DNA of 64,000 bases, taken from positions 248,001 to 312,000 of the forward strand of contig RSEE01000053.1 of NCBI GenBank assembly GCA_003971905.1. Direction: 5' to 3'. A program made the position numbers and the translations under genes. Every line of letters starts with the position of its first letter. Within the stretch, counting starts at the first letter, position 1. Positions 25,489 through 37,356 of the stretch are shown here, piece after piece. The notes beneath the pieces were generated by a model. The model was not told the DNA's origin and did not search any database. It saw only the letters and a program-made list of their open reading frames with translations. Source of the stretch: Moniliella sp. 'wahieum'. Taxonomy: Eukaryota.

Positions 25489-28400
25489 TTAAGAGGCACG
25501 CAGGGCAACCGCTCGCTGCGAGAAAACGGAAACGTCGTCCATCGCCTTGGTCGGAAGAGAGATGTTGAACAAGGCAGACGAGCGGTCAATATTCAGGTAG
25601 AGCGAGACGGGCACAGAGGGCAAACGGGCGGATCCATTGGCCTGGGCAGTAACAGATCCCAGCGATCCCGTAGGTGCAGACCAATGTAAAGTGCAGGCGC
25701 CAAGATCCACCTCTCCTCCTTGGGTGAGCACCAAGCCGCCCCCTTCTTCCCCTTGCTCGTCCCACGCTGCCCCCTCCAGTTTCAACCCGGTAAGCGCAAA
25801 GGCTGTCCCCGCTTCGCTATGGGGTGCATGGTTGATCCGAAGACCCAGCTTAAGGTGTTCGAGCGAGACTTTGGCTTTGTGCGACGCCGCTTGCCGCGTG
25901 GCAGTCATGTAGGCCCAGGGGCGAAAAGAAGCAAGGCGGGGAGAAAGACGAGAGTTTGTCCCCAGCATTTCGCCATTGCCTCACTCACTCGTGTCAATTG
26001 CGCCAACCGGTGAGCCAAGTCAGCGACCCAAGCACTCAGTCCCATATCCCGCGGGACCGAGTAACCTGCCAAGCTGAGGGGATAACACCCTTGGGCAAAT
26101 CCCGCAGCAGAATCCGGTTGTGGTTGGTCTGGCGAACCTTGCCCTCGCACACAGCCATAACTTCCTCCAAATCGGTCCGAACACGAGCAAGAAGGTTGAC
26201 GCCGTCGCATGTTCGCGGGTCCAAAAGCGGGTGGAGAGGGTCTTGTTGCTCCCCGGTTGGGCTGGAGGTAACACTGGAAGGATGCTGGGGAGAGAGAGCG
26301 CCGTCCATTCAGTCGCATGTCCAAGTCAGACCTTCATCCAAGTGGGCTGGGCAATCGCTTGTTGTTCCTTGCCCTGTTTGGAACCATTGGCTTCCGTCTC
26401 CTTCGTGTTGTGTCTACCGTTTCATCGTCGTCAGCAAGCTGGCGCATACGGATCAGCTGGTTCAGCAAGTTGGTTCCTTGCACCGTGCAATTACCCGCTC
26501 TGCATCGGGGGAAGACCAAGCCATTCAGGCGGTTGCTGGTCGGAAGCGCATCCACCCATTCTTTAAATGATTCCATCTTGCTACCCTCTGGGGCTAGGAG
26601 CGATGGAGCATTCCTTGTCCGATGAAGCCTTATCAACCAAGGAATAACCCACATCAAACGCACGCGGGGTAAATATCTTGTCCACAAAGGAGTCCAGCAC
26701 TCGTTGGTCGGCAGGGTTATCAATCTTGCCACCATAGATTGACTCTTTGAGCAGAGTTCGAATGGCCTGCCACGGGATCAAGGCCGGGTCTAAATTGTCC
26801 CTCCCTTTGGACGCAGAGCGAAGCCAGCTCTCAATCATGTCCAGCGCTGTGGTCGCGTCCGAATCGTTGAACTCAAACAGCTTGCTCCACCCGAGAGGAG
26901 TGTAGCGCAAGCGCTCGGTAACCGTGGCGTGAAGAACGCCAAAAGAAAGTACAATCGTGCGGCCTCAACTGGAGCGCCTTGCAACCGCGAAGGACCGACA
27001 GACCGAAGTGAGTCCACCATGTTGGCCTTGAGGCCAGGAGGAGGCTCATTCATAATAATTCTTGAAGCCCGCAAGAAGTTAACTGGAATGACTGGGTTGG
27101 TCTCCATAGTCAAGAATAGGCGGAAGTTGCGGTTCACTGCCACCCCAGACAAACGCTTTTCCAGCTGCGCCAACCAAGCAGGCGCAAGATGGACATTTTT
27201 GAGCAAGACCCATTGGGCCGTCCTTGATGCCGATACAATCGCGTTTTCCGCCTCGGTGAATCCCTCAGGCGAACCCATGGCGACCGAAATGCATTTGGTG
27301 CCGGTCGCCTTGGCCAGATTGTCCACACGGAAGGAAGCATCGAACCCCGGCACACTGCACAGTGCCACTGGCGTTGTCGCGCTCACCTCATGAGCAACAA
27401 CCCGGGCAAAGTCAAATGATAGCTCGTTCATCAAGTCCCCGCCGAATGAGCGTGACAAGTAAGCCCATAGCCGGGATCAAGCGGTCGGGTCGAAGGGCAC
27501 GAATGAGGAGCAAGTGGCGTGTGAAGCTCACAATGGCTAGTATAGGAACATGAATATGTCAGTTTTGGTAGAATGAGTTCAGGGAAGGGAGAAAAGGAAT
27601 ACGTACGAGTTGTCTCTTCCCAGAGGGGGACCGTCACTGTCTCCGGCTGGCAGCTTCAAGGAAGGAAAGAACAGCTTCCTGTTGCTCACATACGGCCTGA
27701 TCAATATTCTTAAACATGACCAGTCTCTTGAGCGCGAGTAGGCGAGACTTTTGCTCGATCGATAAGGTCTGATCCAACGCACTCGTCAAGTCGAGCGAGG
27801 CGGTAGTGGACGGGATGAAATCGCCATCAATGAGATAGTTGAACTCTGCCGAGTCCAGCGCATCGTCCGAACCGTTCTGCCTGCACCAAATCCGGGCCAA
27901 AAGAAGAGCCAGCATGATGTGATCACCGTGGGCCAGAGCACGCGAGGTACGTTGGAATACAACATGAAACAAATCGCGCATCAAAATGTTGAGGCGGTCG
28001 GTGGGGTCACGAACACCATCCAGGTTGGGATTGTGGTGGAGGATGTAAGCGAAAATGTCCAGGAAATACTGGAGAGAGAACTGGTAAAAGTGAGAGATGA
28101 GATGCAGCTGATCCAAGATGAAAAATACAGCTGAACAGGCTTTGGCGAGTGGGAGGTACTCGGCCGTCACATCCTCCACTTCTCGCATGATCAAATCGGT
28201 CTCCTCCACCTTGCGGGTAACCTCGGCTGCCTCGCGTTTGAGCGTTTCGAGTGTGTCGATGACTTTGTCATCGTCAAGGATGTTGCCTTGGGACTCATTG
28301 AGGGCTGAGAGAAGGCTTTTTTCAAGATGGCGAAGACGGAGACGGAATTCGCTCTGCAGCTTCATCAAGTCCGTCCGCTTCTTGTCGGTCTCCGGACGCT

Positions 28401-30309
28401 CGGCTTTCAACACTTGATCCAAGGACTGCGACTGAAGACTGCTCCGAGTCATGGTAAAATTCACAAATGTCACCCGCGAGCACACGTCCGAGGGGAATTC
28501 GACAAGAGGGTCTTTGGTGGCGAGGAACATGGTGAACGAGGGGCTAAAATCGATGTCTTGCGAGCCGAGACGGATCAGGACACGGCCACCTGTGCGCCGT
28601 AGCTCCTTATTGAGGATGGGGTTGAGGATAGGGTCAAGGTGCTCCACATCTTGGATCAGCAAAGGGTTGCCAAAACGAAGTGCCGACTCGAGGTTTTTGA
28701 GAAAGGCATCATCGAGAAAGCTCGTGACGGTCATTTTGCGGTCGCTGTACGCCTTCACCAAGAAGTTGGTCGCTTGACCTGAGGGTCGATGATCAAAGGG
28801 TAACGATCATACCTATCGAGCATAATGGCGTTCTCAGTGCAGAGCGTATCGGGTGGAAGGGACTGGGCGGCCCAGCGCAAGCGATCATCAGCTGATGATA
28901 AATACTCGCAAAAGTTGAGCTCCGGTTTCAGGGTAATGCCGTTCGTTTGGAGATGGTCCATCCACGACGCCCACATTTGCTCACGATACTGCTGGTCGAA
29001 AAAGCCTGAGTAGGCCAAGAAGGCGGCCGACAAGAGAGCATCGCCAATAATGGTGCTCATCTGGGTGTCAAAGGTGCGAGAACTGGCCTCCCACCTCCTT
29101 CTCCGAGCCCAAGCTTTCCAGAAGCTGAATAGAGCGGTCGACGCGGCGCTGGACTCTCTCCATCTCGCCTTTGATCGCTTGCGTCTCGCTGATGAGAAGG
29201 GCGTATTCGTCCTTGTATTGCTGGATACTCTTCTCCAGATCGCCAATCATCTCGACGATCATGGCAGCCTCATTGCGTGCGTTTGGGCTTGCATTTCGAG
29301 ATCGTCCACCTCTTGGCGAAGGGGACCCACCTTGTCAAGGATGGAACTGAAGCGGACTTGCGCAATCACCCACTTGGCCAGGGACCGCAAGCCTTGGAAG
29401 CACGATCGATGGTAGCAAAGTCGTAGCCAGGTTTGTTGAGAAATTCGCGCTGCATCTTGTCGCGTGTAGCACGAGTCATCATGCGATCCGTGTCAAAGTT
29501 GACAATGGAAGGAATGAAGTCGTCCTTGCGCAAGATTGCCTGCACGTTCTTCCATGACTCGATGCGATGTCCAAGAAGTATGCAAACTGACTCCATTGCC
29601 ATCTTGACCGGCGCGGGCGGGTTACCCATCGAACGCACTTCTGTCAGGTGCTGCTTCTTAATGTTGGACACGGAAGCCTGGGCCTCCTGGACCGCGGGCT
29701 CAGCATCGGCAAGGTCGGCCATAACCTCCCTACGACGGATCTCAATCACCTTCTCCTGCTCCTGCAAGTCCGCTTGGATCTGCATACTGGCCAGTTTCTG
29801 CTCCTCGGCAGACTTTTGGTCGGCGACCATACGCTGGAGTTTGTCGTTGGCCTCCTTGTTCTTCGCCTCAAGCTGCGTGCGCTTGGCGGCAAGGTTGCGT
29901 TGCAAGTCCGACACGGCGGCGACCTAAACGAGTGATGAGGGAGGGAGAAACTGTCAGTACGCGCAACGAGAAGAGCAAGAGGAATGCACCTACCGTCTCG
30001 CGCAATTTGTCGAGACGACATTGAGATGGCGTTGCTCCTCCTCAAGGCCCTCGCGCTTCTCGTTGGAGAGCTGGACGTAGTGGTGAATAAAGTCGAGGAA
30101 AAACGGGGTCCAAGTTGCATACTGCGCCCCTGGCGGCGCTTGAGACGATCGACCGATGCATATACGCTGTAATGGATCCAGACCAGCGCATCAATCACAC
30201 GTTCGGCATGGCGGCCGAGGTCGAGGGAAGCGGTAAGCTCAGCGGCAACGGTGCGGTAGGCGGTGGGATGCCAGTCACCAGGCGCCTTGCTGACGACCGC
30301 CGGCGGCAT
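25489..30309 (-). CDS. dyn2: Cytoplasmic dynein heavy chain C-terminal half (end of AAA4, stalk/MTBD, AAA5, AAA6, C-terminus), Dyn2 type
   Basis: Starts [13 protein letters not shown]... and continues [24 protein letters not shown], stalk [135 protein letters not shown]. Introns about 29992-29923 and near 27600-27530. Confidence 0.93.
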
Positions 30310-30651
30310 GGATCCAGAGGGCTGGCAGAGGAGGTGGTTGGGGGCGGCGGCTGGGGCGTCGCTGTGGATTTGCTTCGCCTGCCGGTGGGACGCGCGCCTG
30401 CCCCGCCCGGCCGCTCCCCTGCCGCCGCCCAGGGCCCGCCAGCCCACCCCCACCCCCGGCGGAATGCCGGGCGGAATTGGGCCCGGCTCTCTCGCGGTGG
30501 CGCGGCAGCGGAATTGGGGCCGGTCCGCGTCAGCTCTCCCGCGTGCAACACAGGCAGGCGTGCGTAAGTGGCTCAGTCACCAGCCACCCCCACCTGCCCT
30601 CTGCATCGTCCCACCACCTCCACCACTCACCACTTGCCCCGTCCCTGCGCC

Positions 30652-31514
30652 ATGTCCCGCCGATACGACTCGCGCACCACCACCTTCAGCCCCGAGGGGC
30701 GGCTGTACCAGGTCGAGTACGCCATGGAGGCCATCAGCCACGCCGGCACCTGCATCGGCGTGCTTGCATCAGACGGCGTGGCTGGCTGGCGAGAAGCGCG
30801 TCACATCAAAGCTGCTCCAGCAGGACGCTAGCAGCGAAAAGATCTACGCCGTCAGTGCCAACTGCATTGCTGGTGTGGCCGGGCTTACAGCCGACGCCAA
30901 CTCGCTCATCAACTTTGCCCGCAATGCCGCGCAGGACTACCTGGCCTCATACGACGACGACATGCCCATCGAGCTTATCACCCAACGTCTAAGTGACCTT
31001 AAGCAGTCTTACACCCAATACGGTGGATTGCGTCCGTTTGGTGTTTCGATTCTCTACGCCGGCTGGGACGCGCACCACGGGTTCCAGCTGTACCACTCGG
31101 ACCCCTCGGGGAATACTTCCGGTTGGAAAGCCACTGCTGTTGGCCATAACTCCGGTATGGCCACCAGTCTTCTCAAGACAGACTACCCTACCGACAAGGA
31201 CGCTGCACCTCCAGTTGCTGGGACAGAGCAAGCAGCCCATCCGGCAGACGACTTCGACCTCAAAAAAGCGGCTAAGCTGGCCACCAAGGTGCTGAGCAAG
31301 GTACTCGATGCCTCCACTATTGAGCCAGAGAAGGGTATGTGTACTTCTTTTTACCCCTTTCATCATCTAACTTTCCATTCTTCTCTCACCAGTCGAGTTT
31401 GCGACAATCACGCTCGACTCAACAGGCAAGCCCAAGTACAAGATCTTCCGCCCAGCAGAAATCGACGCATTGCTCAAGGCGCACGGTTTGGCGACTGAGA
31501 AGAAGGATGAGTAG
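30652..31514 (+). CDS. PRE9: 20S proteasome subunit alpha3
   Basis: [91 protein letters not shown]. Intron 31335-31392; one indel near 30780. Confidence 0.95.
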
Positions 31515-32449
31515 GCCAACCAGTCCCAAATCAATGCGATGAATCCATACAATCGGCAAAGACGCCATGTCTTGTGTAATTTACGTACCGCGTTCTCCTG
31601 TTGCCTTAGCGCCTTATAGCACATGGCCGGTATATAGCCTTTTGCATGCGTTGCCCAGCATTAATGTCCTGCTTATTAGAGAGACAAACAAATGTTGAAC
31701 CTGGATTGAAAGTCGGCGTGCAGCGTCCCAACCGGCCCGGCCAGGCGACTGTGGGCATAATAAGAGTGTATCGGAAGGGTTCTGGACTAGAATCTGCAGT
31801 GCCACTATTAGTGGGAGGTGCTTGGGTAGATCCAATTGGCGGTGTCAAACGCTGTTGAGATCAGTATCTAAGACCGGGGTGAATAGTTTGAACATTGTAA
31901 CTGTTGCAGCCTTTGACACGGTGCGGGAGTATAAAATACTCGGAAATAACTTCATCTTCCACTTTCCCTTTCTAAAACACCCCCACCAACCCTAGCGAAA
32001 AAGGTCGTAACCCTTGCGCAATCCTACCAAATGTGACACGGTCCAAGGGGGACACTGGTGTAGAGCCGCCCGCTGGCAGTAGCCCGCGGGGCCATCACGT
32101 CGGGGTGGATGGAAGGGACACAAGGGCAGTGCCAAAAACGACGGCATAGGGCCTGTGTCCCAGGCCGGCTGAGGGCCAGGAAAGCGTCGGCTTTGGGACC
32201 TGATCTTTCGCATTTTGATCACTTGCGACCGTGCAATTAGAAACTCAATCGAGAAAAAGTGAGTGTCGTAAATGGAGCAAAGGTGGAGTCAATTCCGGGG
32301 CCACGGGGCCGCAGTCTCTCATTTGGGGCAGGCGGCAGGCGTGGCGGGACAGCACGTGCCGGTGAGCCATTTCACCATATCTCTCTTGCCTCGCTTCTTA
32401 AACCCAGCCTCTCACAGCCACGACACTTCGCTCATTACGGCCTGCAACC

Positions 32450-34058
32450 ATGGCCGAGCCCATTAAACTGGATGTTATGGGTGCCCGATCGCAACACCAA
32501 TGGCACACAGACATCTCGGTTGCATCCCCCACCGAAGCAAACACCAAGTTCGACCTCGCTTGCAAAGATCCAGCGCCAGTAGCCCTTCCCGGACTGGGTT
32601 TAAAGGCAAGGGGCCAGAAAGGTGCAGAGGAACACTCAAAAGAGCCCGATCTACCTGCATTCCCATCCCCTCCGGATTCGGAAATGAGGGAAGGAGGGCA
32701 ATTACCCCTGTGGATGGAGGCGTAGCAGCGTGGGCTTTTCTGTGGTGGGCATGGGTATCAGAGCTGACTCTCTGGGCGCCCAACTTTGGGAATGTGGGAA
32801 CCTTCCAAAGCTACTACTCTGTTCAATTCCGAGCATCCGCTGTTACCATCTCCTCGATCGGCATGAGCTTCAATGCAGCTTCCTACCTGATTGGTTTGCC
32901 AGCCTACGCCCTGTACCGGACCTTCCCGAGCATAGTCGGTGGCTCACTTTGGGGGCTGTCACAATCGCTGTGGTCTCCTTGATCGGGGCCAGCTTTTGTA
33001 CCTCCCCAAATCAGTTGATTTGGCTCAACGGTGTACTCAGCGGTCTGGGTCATGGATTTGCCTTCACCCCTGTTATGTGCTGGCTGCCCCAGTGGTTTGA
33101 TCGCCGTCGCGGCCTTGCTTCCGGCATCATTTTCTCTGGCTCAGCGATCGGCGGACTGGTCTATCCTTTCTTTTACCAAGCTCTCCTCGATGCGTTGGGC
33201 TACCATTGGGCACTGCGGATCTGGGCACTGGTCACAGGCTTAGGAGGCTTTGCTAGCGCATTGTTTCTCCGTCCGCGCTTACCCCTTCGCGCGCCGGCGC
33301 GAGGTGCGGCTTCCAAGGAAGGGCAGGTGCTTTCCAGGATCAAACAACTCCGTTTTATGGCTACCCCCCTCTTTCTTGTAACAGGTTTGGCTAATTTTGC
33401 TCTGGGGAGCGGGTATGTCAGCCTGACACTTTACCTTGCCCAGTACATCCGTATGGCAGGCTACTCCAACATGATGTCTGTGGGTGGAGTAGCAATTCTT
33501 AATGCTGCCATGTTCTTTGGTCAGCCCGTCATTGGGTACGGGTGCGATAAAGGTGATTACGCGATTATCACGGTTGTCGTGGGAGGTATCTCGTGTCTCT
33601 TCACTGCCACCCTCTTCGGGCTTGACTCGCACCTGGCTTCCATCATCGTGGCGACGATTGTGTTGGGCGCTACAGCTGGATCCTATGCTTCCACCTGGGG
33701 CACTTCGTACGTACCTTTTCCTTTTACGTCCCAGCTCAGCCAACCATTGCCGGCATGTTTGCAATATAGTGCTGGGGAGATCGCCCGCCAATCATCAACT
33801 CCAGCTGGGGGAATTATGCTGTGTTACCAGTTCATCAAGGGACTTTCTGCCATTGCCGGCCCGCTCGTTTCTGCCGCACTATTGACCAAAGGCGAGCAAG
33901 CCCAAGACCAGCCCATCAATTCAGAGGGCAAACCACATCGTACTGCTTGGGGTTCATTCGGCTTCGTCTACCTTTTCGCGTGGATGGCCGCCAACATGGG
34001 TCTTGTCATGGTCTCGGGTATTACCCTGATATTTGTTCGTCGCAAGCTCTCCCCTTGA
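32450..34058 (+). CDS. MFS monocarboxylate-transporter-like permease (MCH/MCT family)
   Basis: PVDGGVAAWAFL (MCT N-terminal motif), GTFQSYY, GVLSGLGHGFAFTPVMCWLPQWFDRRRGLASGIIFSGSAIGG, GYHWALR, IGYGCDKG. Probable intron about 33708-33769; indels near 32700 and 32935. Confidence 0.85.
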
Positions 34059-34762
34059 GGGGGCCATCTGGGACAGAGGCCATGTAGTATACTGAAAACA
34101 TAAGCTTCTGGAATCGTTTTGCTCTTGCCATTGTCATTGATAGACTGTGGTTATAGTGACTGAAAAGGTCCCTCCATTCCAAAATGTTAATCGCGCCCCT
34201 TTCGCCCATGTTTCCTCTCCACAGCAACATCTCCCTTGTTTTGGCCACCAGAAGTCCAGAGCCTCAGTTTCAGCGACACCTAGCCCGACACACACAAGTA
34301 GGCTCGTCGCACGTTCCAGATCTTCCCCAGATTCCCGCTTCGGAGCCTCTCGCATCCCACTGGTCTAGCTCCCATTGGCTCTGACACTGCCCATCGCCAA
34401 TACCGCTAGCTATGTCCATGTTCTGTCGTATATATCCTCCCCAGCGGTCTTACGGCTCTGGCCGGTCGCGGCGTAGTCATTGAGGAGCGGTACGGAACGG
34501 TGCCAGGAAACGTGTGTGTTGGAAGAGCGCCGGGAATGGGGACCTGGTATCATCGATACCCTCCCAGAGGATCCGTCAATACGAATGAACCGGCCTTGGG
34601 AATTGTACCGAGGATGGGACAGGAAGGGGTTGCGTTCCTGGGCACGCTCGTTCTGCGTAAGAATCGGTCTGGGCGCAGGATGACACTAGGTACGTGGTGC
34701 AGGAAGACATTTCCTGTCCTCATGTCACTACTGCCTACCATAGTCTTCCAATCCACTTGTCC

Positions 34763-34858
34763 CTCTCCTTAGCTCAGTTGGAAGAGCGTCAGATTGTAAC
34801 CGCTAATTGGAAGTAAATTCCGCTCTGAATGTCCTGGGTTCGACTCCCAGAGGGGAGA
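34763..34858 (+). tRNA. tRNA-Tyr(GTA) with canonical intron
   Basis: Acceptor stem CTCTCCT/AGGGGAG plus discriminator A; D arm GCTC-AGTTGGAA-GAGC; anticodon stem TCAGA/TCTGA with TT-GTA-A followed by an intron of about 23 nt; T arm CTGGG-TTCGACT-CCCAG; a downstream TTTTT Pol III terminator. Confidence 0.93.
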
Positions 34859-35275
34859 TCCTTTTTGCAGTTCGACACTGTTGTATGAAGCACAACCCCC
34901 CTCCACACATAGGTCGGGCTCAGGTATCATTTGGACCTGAGAGGAAAGGGTCTTGGTCAACTCAGGAGGCGTACGCCTATTACCAAAAGCCAGGAATCCT
35001 GGGTGTTTTAGCAAGCGTAGCAGCGTGAAAAAGGCGGGCGCATGTTGTTCAGCACGATTACGATCTCTTTGGAAAAGATCGAGGCCTAAGATCGTATAGG
35101 ACGTTCAATGCGGGTCATAACAAGGCCTAAAGTTGAGTTTTCTCTGCCAACACGCACGCATGTCACTGGCACTGCCCCTCTCTGAAAGTGATGTTTCGTC
35201 CAGCTTCCGAGGAACCGCAGGTGTGGGTATCCGAATAAGGGAGCTCTCAGCTCGGCATGCCTTTTTGTTTAGCCC

Positions 35276-35550
35276 TATTGAGGCCTAATCGAGGTGAGGT
35301 CTGGCGGAGCCGCCTCGTTACGCGTTGCCCCATCAAGCTTCAGTCCCTCTTCCACAGTTGGCAGGCCTAGGAGTTCCGCTGTTTTCTGTGTCTGTCCGTT
35401 TCCTTTTGTTCCGCAGTCTAGCGCCTGTGGTGGCGACTGCGGCTGCTTGGGTTCCTCTGTTGGCGTGGCTGGATGGATTAGTCCGCCACACCACCACCGC
35501 CAATGTGATTGCATCACCTTCGAGGACCATCAGGTCCTCAGGCCTCAAGC
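35276..35550 (+). mobile_element. Diverged solo LTR related to family A
   Basis: Shares ggcctaggagttccg.tgttttct...tggtggcgact..gctgcttg..ttcctctg...caccaccacc...gattgcatcacc.tcgaggaccatcagg with the copies at 43609, 49508 and 63019. Ends are tattgaggcct...aggcctcaa. No clear TSD. Confidence 0.75.
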
Positions 35551-36438
35551 TTCAAGGCGCTTAGCGCTTAACATCAACCATTCAAACGACGCCCCCTGTC
35601 GCTGGTATCCCGTTGGTGTTGGTGCAACCTGGCGCAGCTGGTAATCGATGAAATATTGGTATCGATGGCGCGAATAATGACGCATGCGCGTAACGCAGGC
35701 GCTGCGATCATCGATCCATCGATATGTTTTGGTGGCGTGTGGGTGCGTTTTAACTCAATCGAGACGTAGTGCCGCGATGCGTGAAAAGCTTAAAGCCACA
35801 ACAGCAGACAGGTACCGGCAGGTAGTTATTAAGGCAATTGATATACGATGGTACAGAAGCACAGTGGGGCTAACATCTTCTCTTGCACACTATGCGCATC
35901 ATATGTAGCACCCGTGAGAACGTGTGCTGTAATTCATCTATCGCAAGACTGAGTCAGAGAGCGCGGGCAATCGTTCTAGGCCCCCATCGACCATCTCGAC
36001 CATCGACAGTCGACCGCCATACACCTTGTGCCATACCTTGTGCTGCGGAGTATCGCCGCAAAACGCTGTTGCGAGACAAAGCACGCCCAGACCCAGAGGG
36101 CCTAAGGTCTATGGCCTATGGCTCCCGCAACGCAGCGTAGATCTCCGCAGTCCTTTTTGAACAGCTTGCCATAGAAGCTTTTGAAGCGTAGCAGTAAACT
36201 ATGCCTGGAGCCTGTGTCCAACAACTGCGCCCTACCACAGTGGCGCACGTCGGCGACACTGACGATCAGTCTGTTCTTTTCTGGCACGTTCTCGTGAGTT
36301 CTATATCGGTTGAGATCTGAGCTCAGTGTATGAATACCGGCGCTCAACGTACCCAACGCACTGAGGTGTTCAGTCGTCTATCGTGTTGGTCCGTTTCCGT
36401 CACCATACATCATAGCCCCGTTGAGGGCACGGGCGTCA

Positions 36439-36446
36439 TATAAAAG
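36439..36446 (+). promoter_or_regulatory. TATA box of the Gly-rich gene
   Basis: TATAAAAG about 60 bp upstream of the ATG at 36501. Confidence 0.55.
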
Positions 36447-36500
36447 CCAGCATAAAAGGCCCACAGGATGCTCTCTTGTTCCCTCTATCAACAACACAAT

Positions 36501-37020
36501 ATGACCGGCACATTTGTTTCCAAGCTTCAGTTCTGGAAGGTACGTCCGCCCCTCTTCCCCCCCCCTACTTGTCTTTGTTCATGCTGACTCTCGTGCCTCT
36601 CTCAGCGCGACGAACGCAAAAAGCCTCGGAACAAAATCTCCGGCGGCGCGGCGGCGGCGGCGCATCAGCAGCCCAGGGGTTTCTTCTCCAATCCAGCGGT
36701 TGCCGCTCTTGGTGTTTTCCGATCCAGGCCCCTTACCAGACCAAGATACACCCCACCACCATCATCACGATCCGTCCTCTTCCAGCCCCAGACCGGTGGC
36801 ACTGATCAGGGGGAGGCGGCTACAGCGGGGGCGGAGGTGGCTACAGTGGAGGTGGTGGCTACAGTGGGGGTGACCACAGTGGGGGTGGCTACAGTGGTGG
36901 CGGAGGTGGCTATAGCAGCGGAGGAGGTGGCGACAGCGGGGGCGGAGGTGGCTACAGCAGCGAGGCGGTGGCGACAGTGGAGGAGGAGGAGGAGGTGACA
37001 GTGGGGGAGGAGGATTTGAT
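36501..37020 (+). CDS. Small hypothetical protein with a (GGGGYS/GGGDS)n Gly-rich C-terminus
   Basis: ATG in ACAAT context: MTGTFVSKLQFWK / intron 36540-36605 (GTACGT..GCTGAC..CAG) / RDERKKPRNK...; repeats ggcggctacagc, ggtggctacagt, ggtggcgacag at 36815-37010. Frame interrupted by indels, stop uncertain. Confidence 0.6.
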
Positions 37021-37356
37021 CTCCACAAACCTGCGGTGATGTTCTCGCGAAAGTTCGTTACCGCGGATGTTTTCTTCTTACACGGACACATATTGTCTTC
37101 GCTTGGTCCCTTTCCAGCCTCTACTACCGTCAATCTTTCGATGACACAGACTGTTGCTTCTCCACTTATTACTACTACCTTGCATATCGCTTGTCCTACG
37201 GACCCAGAGGTAAAACGGGAGTCCAAATACAGTTCAACACGACAGAGACTCGATTAACAGCTTAATAGTGAGAAACTTGCTACTAGGTGTGAAAAGGCAA
37301 CCCAGCAGTTTGTTTGCCTATCCAATAACATGTGGGGGCATCCATCAACTCGGCAC

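Noticed and set aside
19368..30309. Kinesin and dynein genes tail-to-tail as a functional motor cluster
   Set aside because: They are convergent with no shared promoter; adjacency alone is not evidence.
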